A stretch of 64,000 bases of DNA, from positions 1 to 64,000 of the forward strand of contig LVLI01000565.1 in the NCBI GenBank assembly GCA_001687465.1. Reading direction: 5' to 3'. The stretch comes from Halocafeteria seosinensis (lineage: Eukaryota). The position numbers and the translations under genes were made by a program. The first letter of the stretch is position 1. Every line of letters starts with the position of its first letter. Shown here piece after piece: positions 12,650 through 24,600 of this stretch. The notes below the pieces were generated by a model, which had not been told where the DNA came from, ran no database searches, and saw only the letters and a list, made by a program, of their open reading frames with translations.

Positions 12650-13084
12650 CATCAAAACAAGTAAAACGCAGAGGGGCCACTGGCCAGAATCTATTGCGAT
12701 GCCCCGTTGTACATGCGGACACAACGCAGCTTGGTTTAGGGGTTGTAGAGCGTTTGTCCACAAGGTTGATACGTTGACACAAAAGTACATAATGTACTTA
12801 ACACACGTCATCAACACGGATTACTTGTTACCGTTATGCATTTTGCACCCTCTTGCAGCACCAATGGGTCGACAGCACTTGTTCCATGTCACGTGCGACT
12901 GCAGCTTCTGCCACCCTCGTCAATGACTCAATGCTCCTGTTGCAATAGGGATTGATAGTACAATGTGTTAGGATAATATATATTGAATAAAAGACAACAA
13001 AACAACCACAGCTCTACTGCCGTAAGCAGACGAATACAATTCGATGTCTGAACCCCCGAGAACAGGAGGAGGACATTGAATGGC

Positions 13085-15514
13085 ATGAGCTCCCAGACCT
13101 CAGCGCAAAGCGCACATGCTACTGCTGCAGCCTCCAGTGAAACCTCAAGACCTCAGACGAGTCAAATTCATCAAGAGAAGAATGATGGTGAAAATGAGGA
13201 CGAAAATAGATATCTTCGAGAGTCTGGCTCCCCTCCTTTCCCAGCTCTGCTTAATTTCCTCAAGGGGATGTTTGGCGCAGGTACGCAGCTTTTTTGTAGC
13301 CTTTAAAGTGGCATATGTGCGCCTCCATCATTACACGTCATGTATGCAGGCATCTTGGCCATACCGGGCGCGTTCAAACATACGGGCGTCGTTCTAGGAC
13401 TAGTGTTGTATTCTTTGGTAGGCGCCGGATGCGCCATTGCCATGGTGGCGTTGGTCTACGTCAAGCATGAATTACAAGCCAGGCAGCTGGAGCACACCTG
13501 GATGGATCGCCATCGGGAACAAATTGAACAAAGGAGAAAGCAGAGAAGTCTATCGGATACTGGAATACGAGAGTCTCGGAGACTGGGTGAAACAGAACAG
13601 TTACTACAGGAAGAGGCCCAGAAGCGATCTAAACGCGGTAGCAGTGCCGAGCTCCCATTATGGGATAGTCAACACTTACAGTTAACTAACGGCGGCGTCG
13701 CCAGAGACAAGCGACCGTCTAGTGGCTCCATTGGCCAACATAGTGATAGCGAAAGGGACAAAACGAAGCAACAATCAACACAGGTTAGTTCCAATAAGGA
13801 TGCTGTCCCGGATGACGACACTTCTGCATCGAGTGGAGAGCATAAGCACCATGATGAAGAGGTGACTATTCCTATTCGCAAACAGTCGTCTGTCGATCAA
13901 CCGATCGTCGCTGGTACAAGTGAAAATAGTTTCAGCATCGAAACTTATGCGGAAGTGGGAGAGGCAGCTATGGGCAAAGTTGGAAGGATACTGGTGGAAA
14001 CTCACGTCGTTGTGCTAGAATGGGCATTTTGTGCCGGTTTCGTATTCGTAGGATACCGGAATCTGCAGAGCGCTTACAGACTCGCTCCAGTAGAGGTTGA
14101 CCCACCGACAAAATTGACGGTGGGATTGATTTCGACGCCTTTGCTGATATTGCTATCCTGGATCAAACAGCTTAAAGATTTATGGTTCATCTCTCTTTGC
14201 GGGCTTATAGTGTATCTATGTAAGTGCAACAACCGATTGCGCTCCCAGTGAGTGGTATAGTTTCTTCACACTTCTCTCATTCGACTTGTTCCAGTGGGTG
14301 TTATGGGAGTTACTTTTTACGAAGGTATAAGGGAAATTGCCAACGATAACATTGGTCGTGAAACTGAGGAGATTAGTCCAATGTCCATGATCAAGTTTAT
14401 AGGTTAGTGTTCGGGCGTTTAAACGTTTTGCTCATTTGGAGAGGTGAAGTATTCTGCCTCCGGCTGCAGCTACGGCCGTTTATAGCCTAGAAGGTATCAA
14501 CCTAGTGCTCCCAATAGAATCGTCTTTGAAAGATCAGCGAAATGCTGCCAAAGTTATTGGATGGGGAACAGCTGCGTATACGTTCCTTTGTGCCTTGTTC
14601 GGTGCATTTGGGTACTTCGTTGGTATGTTGCCGTGATCCACCTACACTGCGAAGGTTATAGTTTACTGACCCGCATGTTATTGTGTTTTGCAGGGTTCGG
14701 TACCTGCGAGGGTAGTCGTATCGTTACCGACTGCCTTACGGGGAATGAAGCAGTGGTTGTGAGCGTCACGCTCGTGATAGCGTTGTTCTTTACGCATGCG
14801 TTGACCTTGTTTCCTGCCACAGAAATTGTGGAAAGGAAACTATTCGATCCGGCGGATGACAGCACACGCACGTTATGGTGGTGTCGATTAATTCGGGTAT
14901 TGGAGGTCTTGCTTACTGTTATCGTTGGTCTCATGGTGGATTCCTTTGAGAAGTTTTCTGGCTTCATCGGTGCGCTGATGATGTCGACTGTAGGATTCAT
15001 ACTACCTGCTCTGTTTGTTTGGAGCGCCTTTAACGGTAAAGATGCTTGGCCCTGGTACTACATTACGCGCATTTTGTTCAAAATTAAACAGAAGGCTAAA
15101 TCATCAAAGGAAGGAATTGAAATGGAAACGACTTCCATCTCGCGCAGCTATGAGACTCACGATGCCTTCGGTTCAATCTTGTCCCCAGCAAGAAGGGAAG
15201 GACGGGTAGAGTCCGCTGAAGGCAAAGTTGTGTTTTCTTCAGCCCATGCAAGCCAACATACGGAGCACGACACTATTAGTGGGGATCGCCGGGTGGATAC
15301 GCATGGAAGACTGACCACTGGATCCCAAGGTGGCAACAAGACAAGCGGGAGTACAGGGCGTGGTAGTATCTCGGTTGAGGCTCCAGGGAAGTTAATGTCC
15401 ATGGAGAAACGAAGGTCCTTAGGATTTTGGGGTAGTTTGGCTTGTGTTTTCGCAATCATATTTGGCGGTTTTATAATGGTGTTTGGTATCTACAGTAGTC
15501 TCCAAGATCTGTAA
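13085..15514 (+). CDS. Amino-acid transporter (SLC36/AVT3-like), tandem paralog B
   Basis: Same motifs as paralog A. Four introns: 13281-13349, about 14220-14294, about 14403-14469, 14623-14693. Confidence 0.9.
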
Positions 15515-15868
15515 TTGACCATGGACCATTATATTCTCACACAGACTCTGAATGTAACAACTTTGAGACGAGTACTTTAGTAATGCAAATTGCTACCTGC
15601 TCTACCATCATTACGTTCTACTATAATCACGACTCGGACATAACTTCGTTTATTTGAAACCGTAAGAAATTGTGAAGTTCCTCACCCACGACTCGCCACG
15701 AGTGTGCCACGACTCTTGGGCCACGTCGTTACGTGGCACGAGTTGATCACACTGGATTGGACACGCCAAACAAGAGACCTGTTTCATTCCGTTGCTTGAC
15801 CTCGAGGTTCGTCCGCTCGTGGAGAGGGAGGGCAATGGTCTTTGTAAAGCCTGACAACTGCCGTTAAG

Positions 15869-16879
15869 ATGGAGACACAGAGCTGTCACTCTTCCCACGA
15901 CAGAGATCCCGTCGACACAAAAGAGGTGCCCGATCGGGAGACAATTCAGAAACCAGAATATAATGTAGGCGATACTGCGGGGTACGGTCAACAGACTGTT
16001 GCGGAGGGACCTCTGCATGTATCAGAGCTGAATCAGCAGCAGGAGACGGAGGTAGCACGTCTACAAGCAGAGCTACAACGCAAAGATGAAGTTATACAGA
16101 GTAAGAACGATCAAATTGAATATTTGCAGAATTCCCTGTCGGAGATGGCAGAGCGCCTCTCAAAACTTGAGGGGCGAACGTTACCCGAGCAAAGTGAACA
16201 TACAGCAGAATTCCACCCGGCGAGATCTCGCTGCAGGAAGGAGCATTTGTCTTCGGTGGTGGATGAACGTTTTGAGCGGGAATTTCCCAGCGCAAGTAGG
16301 AGGAGGAAGTTACGCGAGGAGATCAACTTCTTTGGAAGTCAATTGAAAAACAGTGGTATGTCGACTGCGGCTGAGAGTGCGGCCCATGGCGAAGAGGATG
16401 AGTCGCTCTTGGACTATTTGCACGAATACGAGATGCATCCATCGGCCGTTAGGGGGCGGTCCAGTTACTCTGGTAGTGTATTTGATACAGCGAGACACAT
16501 GAGTCGGCATATGGACCACTGGCAACGCAAGAATCCTATGGAGGAGTATGCGACGATATCACCAGGAAGTAAAATTTCTGTAGCCAAGACACGTCGCGAG
16601 CTGGACCTTGAAGAGATACAACGGCTACAAAAAGAAAGAGACCGCCTGTACGAACATCTTCGTAATATTGATACAAGTAGATATCGGGAGGTCCTTTCGA
16701 AGTCTGAGACATTCCTGAGGAATAGCGACGCTTCCGGACAGCATTGGAATGATAGCAACGTTCAAGAAAATATGCAGCGCCCTTCGTGTGTAGAAGAGGC
16801 TTCGAAAGATGCGCGATATAAATCATTTCTGGACAAGTCATCCAACTTTCAAAAGAGTGTGACTAGATTGTGCTACTAG
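15869..16879 (+). CDS. Uncharacterised coiled-coil protein
   Basis: 336-aa ATG-initiated ORF with heptad-rich segments (EVARLQAELQRKDEVIQSKNDQIEYLQNSL). No family recognised. Confidence 0.6.
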   Translation: METQSCHSSHDRDPVDTKEVPDRETIQKPEYNVGDTAGYGQQTVAEGPLHVSELNQQQETEVARLQAELQRKDEVIQSKNDQIEYLQNSLSEMAERLSKLEGRTLPEQSEHTAEFHPARSRCRKEHLSSVVDERFEREFPSASRRRKLREEINFFGSQLKNSGMSTAAESAAHGEEDESLLDYLHEYEMHPSAVRGRSSYSGSVFDTARHMSRHMDHWQRKNPMEEYATISPGSKISVAKTRRELDLEEIQRLQKERDRLYEHLRNIDTSRYREVLSKSETFLRNSDASGQHWNDSNVQENMQRPSCVEEASKDARYKSFLDKSSNFQKSVTRLCY

Positions 16880-17424
16880 TTTCTGACCCAGCCTCACCAT
16901 GTGCTGCCTTTCGAAGCGTACTCGACCAGAAGAGTTTCAAGAGATAGTCACAGTAGAGGTGACCGCGAAACCCATAGTGCATCTCACCTTGCTAACTTCG
17001 TGGGAATTTCTTCGTTGACCAACGTGCACTCACTTACGGACTCGGTTCTCTACCGGAGAGGCCTTCCTTGGTAGCCTAAGGCGACTGTGGGCACAGTGGC
17101 ACTTAGTCAATATGACGTCTGTGGTTTACCATCGCGCTATGAGCTACAATTGTATCTTTTATTATGAAGCGAATGTGACAGGCCGTGAAAAAAGAGAAAA
17201 TTTACCACAATGTAAGCGTGCTATCTGTGATTCGTTGTTTGCGAAGCAGCAGTACTGCCAGTTCCACTCTTGAAAGTGTCGAGTCTCCCATTTGAATTCT
17301 TAGTTGAATTTCCAACTCGAGTTTCCAAGTCAAGCTTGTACAAGGTTTGTTGGATTGATAATATACATTTGATTAAAAAGGCAATATCCTCGGTGGGGAC
17401 TCAGCATAAAGGGAGGAAGGGACT

Positions 17425-20400
17425 ATGTCCTCTAGTGCGTCCAAATGTAAGCAATTGACGGACTTCTTTTCCCCTTCCTCCGCTACGGTATGGAACACGA
17501 GGAGGACTTCTCCCCGGCGTCCTCACAAGGAGGAGGAGGATGGGGTGATACGAATAGACGTCCCTTCTCCTTCGTCAACTAGGAGCCCTAAGAAACGCAT
17601 TCAACAAGAGAATGATAAGGAAGCGTCCATTTGTCTCGATCTGTCGAGCCAGGAGACTGATAATGGAGAAGACAGGAGGCGGAAGTCCAAGAAGAGAGAC
17701 ATTCTTTGGCAGGATGAAAACGAGGAGGCCATGGTGCATCGGTACAAAATGAGACGGGAGGCGCGCTTGTGCTCAACGCAAGAGGGGTTTGAACGAAGTG
17801 AGGGATACTTGGCAGTAAAACACCGGCAGATACCTCTGCTTCGAGTTATTGCCTCTATGAGAGACAAACAGCAAAGTGACTGGATACGAGATATGAGAAC
17901 CCGAAAGCTCAGTCTTACCGAGTATGCTCGAGAAACGAAAGGCTCTGCGTATAGTTGTCATCTGCGGTATATGCTGGATAATATCTGTCTTCGGCCGTCG
18001 GTGTATCGGACCCTCTTCCGCCCCGACGAACTTGAGCTGGCAGAGTGTTTGCTCCGACTGCCTGAACCACACTTCGGGCTAATTGCTCGCATCTTTATGC
18101 GCAAAGGTCCTTGGTTTTACGTGCTTTCTATACTTGGATACCGCGATATATTTTCGAACAGTACGGATAACTTGGAGGAAGCAACTCAAATAATCAAGCA
18201 GCTTAACCAGCAGGGGTTGCTTCTTACCTTGGAGGAAGTCAGGATCGCCAGGTTACAAGAACAACGAGATAGAATTCTGGACAAGTACGTTCTTTTAGAC
18301 CATGATGAAAATGTCCATACCTCAAGAGCCAAAGCATACACACGGCATGCTGTGTGTGCATTGACGTCAAGAGATGCTTTACACAAAGCGGGCGTTAGTT
18401 GCTCAATGCTGGCGCTTTCTGATCTTATGTGCCTCTCTGTTCAATCCTTGGTAGCCCTGGAAATATGCTCTTCACTCTTGACGAACAAGCAGCTGCAACA
18501 TATATGCACATCGCTGGGAATGAGAGGTGACACGACAATTCCGAATCCCTCCTGTGCAAACAACTCGGCAAGTACCAGCGTGGCGAGATCCTTTGTTCTG
18601 CGTTCTTTGGAAACCATAGGATTCCCCAAACGAAAAGCGGAGTGCATCGCAAGCTGCATGAATATCCTTGGACCGTCGTCGAATTGCACCACTTGCGTTG
18701 TGAACACCAAGAAGTCTACCCTATTGAGGTGGCTAGTTAACAAGATGCTGAAACAGAAAGGACTGTTCGGTAACGAACTTCCATTAGCCCAGCGCATACA
18801 GGAAGTGGTGGACAGTAGGCAACCAGTGGAATACTACCGGAGTAGCGATAGTCACTTCTTTAGATTTCCTCGAGCACTGCGCCACTTGCTTCTCCGCGTT
18901 CATCGGCTTTTTTACGTTACCGGCTTTACTGCCGCCCTAAGCAGCGGTCACATTGAAGGAGAATGGACGTACGGAGGCAACAGTGTCCAGCAGCACCCAG
19001 ACAATCCTCTTCTAACAAGTGACGACTGTTGGCACGTGGAGGTGGAAGACGGACTCGAATCGGGAGTGCAAGGGGAAGTAGAGAGTGTCGAGCTTGGACC
19101 TCCTCAATTTTCCCCGGGGCTACTTGAAATTTTTAAGAAAATGAAGTTTCCACACTATCAGTACTTTAGTGATGTGGTTTTGTTTCGCTCCAAGGGCTCC
19201 TACTTTGTATATGAAGCTGCCCTTGCTTTTCGCAATGAAACGGTAAAGTCAGAAGTCCTCAGTTCCAAAGCAAGTATCGTTCTTGCAGAGAATGTCTCAG
19301 GAGGTAACGCAATCCAGGACTCTGTGCAGACAGCGAAGTTTGATGACGTGCTGCATATTTTTGAACCTATCAGTGGTGCAGAGATATCGAATCTTTTGTG
19401 TTCCCCCTCTGATCAAGTATCCCGGAAGCTGCTGAACTTCGCTTTGCTCCAGGATGTTGGCCACGCTAAAGGCGCGAGCAACGGGCGTCATGCGCTTTCT
19501 ACCGTCCTTAGCGTTTATCGTCAATCAATTCAAGGAGGTGGAGACGCGAAAAAGTGTTCTTTTTATCGATTGTGCCTGAACTTCGTGGTGGGACTAGTCT
19601 ATCCGGAGCTACTTGTCGCCATGCGTGCTTCTTCATGCCTTTTTATGGCCCACCTGTGGAAGAATAACACCTTGCATCTCCAACAACAGAACCCATCTAC
19701 GGATACTGGGTACGTTTGTTTTGAAGAACGACAGCATAGTGAGGTTGAAAGTACCGACCATATTCGGCAGTTGGATGGGTGCACAGTATTTGTGTCTATT
19801 TTGTGGGATGCAATAGATTGCCTTGAAAGGAAGAAGTTGTATTCCAGCTCCATTCTATATTTGCGACAGTTGCTGGCGCTACCATATACCCCTCATCGAC
19901 GGGGCAAGTGGTGGATGCGACTCAGTTTGGATCTGGCTCATTTGGGGCTGTTAAAGCAAAGTGTTGAAGCAACGGTTGAGGGTTGCTGTGATTCTACCGT
20001 CAGAGGCGGGGATAAACTAGCTCTGTGGAAACGACTACGAAGGTTGGGCAAGCAGGCGAATGGCAAGTTAAACTTTGGTTTGCTTTCTGCTGTAAATAGC
20101 ATTACGCAGCAAAAGCCCTCTGTTCAGGACGTATGCGGGATTCAAGCTTCTCAAGATGACATTGAGATTTTGGCTAGAGGCCATCCTTGTCTTGCTGCTA
20201 CGGAGAAGTCTTTCTCGACTGCGTTTGCCACTCTATGGCCGTCTTTAAAAGTGTGGTCAATGGATAATCGCATACGCATGCTTGTAGAAACTCGTTTATT
20301 AACTCGAGGAGTGCCACGAACATCATTCGTAATGCGACCGCTAAAGAGTTCGGTGGGTGAAACTCACGTAGTGGACAAGCCCCTGAATAAGAGCATGGGA

Positions 20401-21621
20401 ATGAAAAGTCGCTTTTTATCAACCGATCCCTACAATGACGTTTCGGAGTATACTCAGTCTCAGGAAACGGGATTAGACTTCTCGTCCGGATGCTTTATTA
20501 CTGACCACGTTTGGTTAAGTCTTATCGCATGGCATTTTCTCGTGGATTCTTCCAAAGGAGATTCCAAAACTGGTAATGCGGTTTATCGGCGATTTGTTAA
20601 GTGGCTTATAAACACGAGCCTACCTGCGATGCCTCATTTACCATCCAGAGACAAAAAAATGATGCTTAAGGCGTATACTCTACTGTCGCAGCTTGAACAG
20701 GCGACTAAAGAGAACAAAACTGCTGTATGCTCGGAAAATTGTTCTCTTCTTTGGGCCATCGCGTCTAGTGGTATACTGCTCGAAGACGAAACGGACCTGT
20801 TTCACGCCTCCGAAACGAAAGCAATCGATGGCATCAACCTTCTTCAGACTATTGACATCGATTCGGAAGGTCTTTTTGGGACGGATTTATTCTCTTCCGT
20901 GGAACTGAGAGCACTAGAGCATTACTCCACTACAGCACATTGGAGGGGCAGCCATTGTGAGGGTAGGCCCCTGGTCTCACTTTTCGGTTTGCTCTTTTGG
21001 GATATCATATTCAATGCAAATGTGGAGGATGGCGTCTTCGTAACGGCCTACCAAGATGCACCGTTAGATATTGACAGTATGTCCTTCTTCAGAAGAAGAG
21101 AATCACATATCTTGTGCAGACTCCAGGAAATTCTGCATATGAACGACCACCAACTTGCATCGCACCTTGCCGATAGCTACACAACGCATTTCGGTGAAAT
21201 TTGTCGCGATGTCAACTGGCAATATCCACTGGGGTTCCTGCAAATGCTAGTTTGTGGGCTTGGAGCTCGTGTCGTCGGGAAAATATGTTATGCTCTTTCA
21301 ATGAACCACAAACACCTTAGCAGCGGACTACCAGATTTGTTGCTCTGGCGGATCTCTTTACCGGGATATGATCACAGGAGATGTAATTTAGAGGAAGATG
21401 ACGAAGTTCAAATGGGGAATTCGGGGAACAGCGAGGCGCGACCCCCATATCCTTCTTTTCCGGGATTGGAGTGGGCTATACCAGCCGGATGTGGAGTTCA
21501 GGTAAAGCTTGTTGAAGTCAAAGGCCCGAGAGATCGGTTGAGCGATAAACAAAATGCTTGGTTGCAAGTTCTTTCATCAGCCGGGGCAGATGTGGAAGTT
21601 TGTTACATACGCGAGCGTTAA
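17425..21621 (+). CDS. FAN1: Fanconi-associated nuclease 1 (VRR-NUC domain)
   Basis: LIARIFMRKGPWF, RRGKWWMRLSLDLAH, SVELRALEHY...GSHCEG, LFGLLFWDIIF, YQDAPLD, SGLPDLLLW...VEVKGPRDRLSDKQNAW. Single 1398-aa ORF. Confidence 0.95.
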   Translation: MSSSASKCKQLTDFFSPSSATVWNTRRTSPRRPHKEEEDGVIRIDVPSPSSTRSPKKRIQQENDKEASICLDLSSQETDNGEDRRRKSKKRDILWQDENEEAMVHRYKMRREARLCSTQEGFERSEGYLAVKHRQIPLLRVIASMRDKQQSDWIRDMRTRKLSLTEYARETKGSAYSCHLRYMLDNICLRPSVYRTLFRPDELELAECLLRLPEPHFGLIARIFMRKGPWFYVLSILGYRDIFSNSTDNLEEATQIIKQLNQQGLLLTLEEVRIARLQEQRDRILDKYVLLDHDENVHTSRAKAYTRHAVCALTSRDALHKAGVSCSMLALSDLMCLSVQSLVALEICSSLLTNKQLQHICTSLGMRGDTTIPNPSCANNSASTSVARSFVLRSLETIGFPKRKAECIASCMNILGPSSNCTTCVVNTKKSTLLRWLVNKMLKQKGLFGNELPLAQRIQEVVDSRQPVEYYRSSDSHFFRFPRALRHLLLRVHRLFYVTGFTAALSSGHIEGEWTYGGNSVQQHPDNPLLTSDDCWHVEVEDGLESGVQGEVESVELGPPQFSPGLLEIFKKMKFPHYQYFSDVVLFRSKGSYFVYEAALAFRNETVKSEVLSSKASIVLAENVSGGNAIQDSVQTAKFDDVLHIFEPISGAEISNLLCSPSDQVSRKLLNFALLQDVGHAKGASNGRHALSTVLSVYRQSIQGGGDAKKCSFYRLCLNFVVGLVYPELLVAMRASSCLFMAHLWKNNTLHLQQQNPSTDTGYVCFEERQHSEVESTDHIRQLDGCTVFVSILWDAIDCLERKKLYSSSILYLRQLLALPYTPHRRGKWWMRLSLDLAHLGLLKQSVEATVEGCCDSTVRGGDKLALWKRLRRLGKQANGKLNFGLLSAVNSITQQKPSVQDVCGIQASQDDIEILARGHPCLAATEKSFSTAFATLWPSLKVWSMDNRIRMLVETRLLTRGVPRTSFVMRPLKSSVGETHVVDKPLNKSMGMKSRFLSTDPYNDVSEYTQSQETGLDFSSGCFITDHVWLSLIAWHFLVDSSKGDSKTGNAVYRRFVKWLINTSLPAMPHLPSRDKKMMLKAYTLLSQLEQATKENKTAVCSENCSLLWAIASSGILLEDETDLFHASETKAIDGINLLQTIDIDSEGLFGTDLFSSVELRALEHYSTTAHWRGSHCEGRPLVSLFGLLFWDIIFNANVEDGVFVTAYQDAPLDIDSMSFFRRRESHILCRLQEILHMNDHQLASHLADSYTTHFGEICRDVNWQYPLGFLQMLVCGLGARVVGKICYALSMNHKHLSSGLPDLLLWRISLPGYDHRRCNLEEDDEVQMGNSGNSEARPPYPSFPGLEWAIPAGCGVQVKLVEVKGPRDRLSDKQNAWLQVLSSAGADVEVCYIRER

Positions 21622-21625
21622 CCGA

Positions 21626-24600
21626 CTATACAGTGCAAGGGACAATTTGTGCCGCAAAAGCCCCATACGCTGCCCTCAGCTGCCGCTGCAAATAATACGC
21701 TTGCGACGGAAATACATCGTTACTGGTATCGGAAGGCAGTGGGTTCGAGAAAAACGTGTTGGCACTTTTTCCTGAACCATCTGGGATATTTGCAGAGGTC
21801 ATGCGATGAACCCCGACATCGAACGCCTTTTGTGCTTGCCATCGATAAAATGGTATCCTAACTACTGTCCAACCGTTTGCTTCCAAAAGAAGGTGGTGGG
21901 TCAGAAGCACAGGTAGAAGTCGAATGTGTTCATCGAGTTCTCGACCAGCTTGGAATCCCAACCCAAATAACTCCTGTACTGCTCTTTGCCGCTGTACATT
22001 TGATCCTTTCGCAGTGTTCTCCCGCTTTTCTGTTATCCCGGGAAACATCATGCCCGACTCTGGCATCGCAAAGTGGCCGTCGCCAACTGTGTGCCAGTCG
22101 TGTGGCTCTGCAGGATGGTTAGCAAAACGAGCCGGGGCTTCTAGGAGGTCTTTCATGTACTTTGACACAGTGCGTTTGGCAGATTTGTGTAAAGGGCGAA
22201 AGTTTTCGGCGCCTTCTGCAATTATAGCGACTCTATCTTCAGGAATAGCAAAGTCTGCAACAAGCCCTAGTTCGGTTTGAAAACTCTCAACGAACTGCTT
22301 TCCCGAGAGACAATCAGGTGGAGCCAGAAGCTCTGATGAGTTTATCCCTTCGACCTCTCTCGATATATCACTTAGCGCCGTAGGATCGGTGTCAGAATTG
22401 GCTTTATCCGCTCTCTCTCGCATGTTGTATTTCAAGGCAGATGTTTGCCATTGTGGATTCGGCGTCCGTGATAGAAATGCGTCAAGGCCATTGACGATTT
22501 GTCGTCTCAGTCTTTTACTTCTCAAGGGCTGGAGGTCTACAGAAGGAGTCGCTATACTACTTCCTCGAGGTGCTCCCTCTGTTTCATGCAACACCACTGC
22601 TGAAGTCAACTTCCGGCTCTCAAGCTGGGACTCAGTGATTTGCCGAGAGTCAGTATTTTCGTCCATTTCTTCGGGCGACAGCGCGCCACTCGCTGATATA
22701 ACTTCTGACTGTACTACTTTGTTGAGAGCCCCCAGAGCTAGATCGCGAGTGCCTTTACTTAGCTCTCGGTGTAGCTCTGGAAAAGGAGTAAGATGCTCGA
22801 GCACTAGCAAGACGGTTTGCAGTCGAAACAGCGCTGCTTTGGTAACAGATTCAGATTGTAGCTCCTCAGCATCCACTCTCCCTAGTAATTGCCGCATTGC
22901 GTGCTCATCAAAATACATACCGATACTGAAAGCCCATAGAAGGTTGATAGCATCATTTGTTCGAACCTCGTCAATCCTTGAATCCATGCTGAAAGCGACC
23001 GCGTCAAACAACAAATTTAGACGCCTTGTATTCCCGGATAAGGCCAATGAATAACAAAGTATTCCCAAGTCTTGCATTGAGAAAGATGCTACTCTTAACG
23101 ATCCTTCCAATGCAAAGTTGTGCATTAAGAAATCTGCCCGGATTTGCAACTTTGCTACGGCATCTGCAAGCATGGCAATCTCGCTTGATGCCATTTTCTT
23201 AAGTTTTGCAGCAGCTTCATTTGCCAGTAGGTGCATCAGTGACTCTTTTCGCCAACCCAGTTGAGCTAAGCCCCAAGAAACATTAGCCAGTCCTTGGGTT
23301 GTAAATTGCTCATGTATTGACGAAGCATGATTGGACACCGCATCAAGAAGCGAGCGATGGACTAAGCGCAGTCTACCACATGAATAAATTACCATCGAGG
23401 TTTGTTGTGGGGTCAACTGGTGACAAATGGGGAGCAATTTGTCCGCAATTTCAACCAATAGCTTGCTCGTGCCTGATCTTAACCGCATGCTGGCGATGCC
23501 GTGTAGAAGCAGACAGAGGTCTTGGCGATTAAATTCGTGTAACCTTTTTTGTGCGTGCTCTACGGCAACGCGTAGAAAGCTTTCGTCTCCTTGGTTTGTC
23601 CTTGCCATGCCCCAGAACAAGTTTATCATTTCCATCGTTTTGAAGTCGTCTAATCGAGGCAGACTTTGAGCCAGCACTTCTGCAAGGAATTGCTTTACTT
23701 GTTCTTCATTCTTCAACGACGTGTTACGGAACGCATTGACAACTGTTGTGATCGCCTGTGGAGATGCTTGAGGAAGATTTGTATTCCACTTTCCCGGCAA
23801 CTCCCGTAATAATGTTTCATGCACGAATCCCAGCCTCGTAAAGGCGTGCAAGATGTTTGACAAGCCTTTATCACTAAATGATGCAACTTTTGGCGTGGCA
23901 CTATCACCAAGAATCTGCAGAACATCTGTTGGCGCCTTGCCCAACTGCCCGTAGGAATAGGCGATACTCGATATGTCTTTAGCCTTCCATTTCCAGTGCT
24001 TCCCTTTCCGTGCCTGCTCGCGAATACAATACGACACTGAATTAATTAAGTCATCGACCCGAACATTCTTTCGAAGCCTGCTTCCACTGAACGCTAATGC
24101 ACCCAGCAAACGTGGCATAACCTTTTCGGGGGCCCGGCTGATGTAATCACCTGCGAATTTGAGAAGGCTCCTAACCCAAGCATAGTCGGTCCGCAATTCA
24201 GTATAAGGCACAAGTTTTGCAACTTCGCGTATTGCATCGGTCAGTACTATAGCATTTATTGCCTCCTGCTCCTCCTCCAGAGTAGCCCCTTTGCTTCGGC
24301 CATGGCCATGGTTTGCATGTCTCATGAATAAAGTGCAGATAGTCTCCAATCTTCTGTTAGCTTCCTCTGGGGAAATATGAATTTCAGTAGGTGGATTTGG
24401 AATCAGTGGTTCAGCTCCCACTACAACATTGCGTAGTCTTTCAGTCTTTTCTCGTTGCTCAAAATCATGATTTTGGCGCTCGTACGATTGAATCGCTTTG
24501 GCCAATGTTTCCGGACCTTGGTAGTAGAGAATCTGAATAGAATCACTCAATTGTACCGGGTCTTGAGCTCTAAACCCCTCTAGTACATGCGTCAGGTCAG

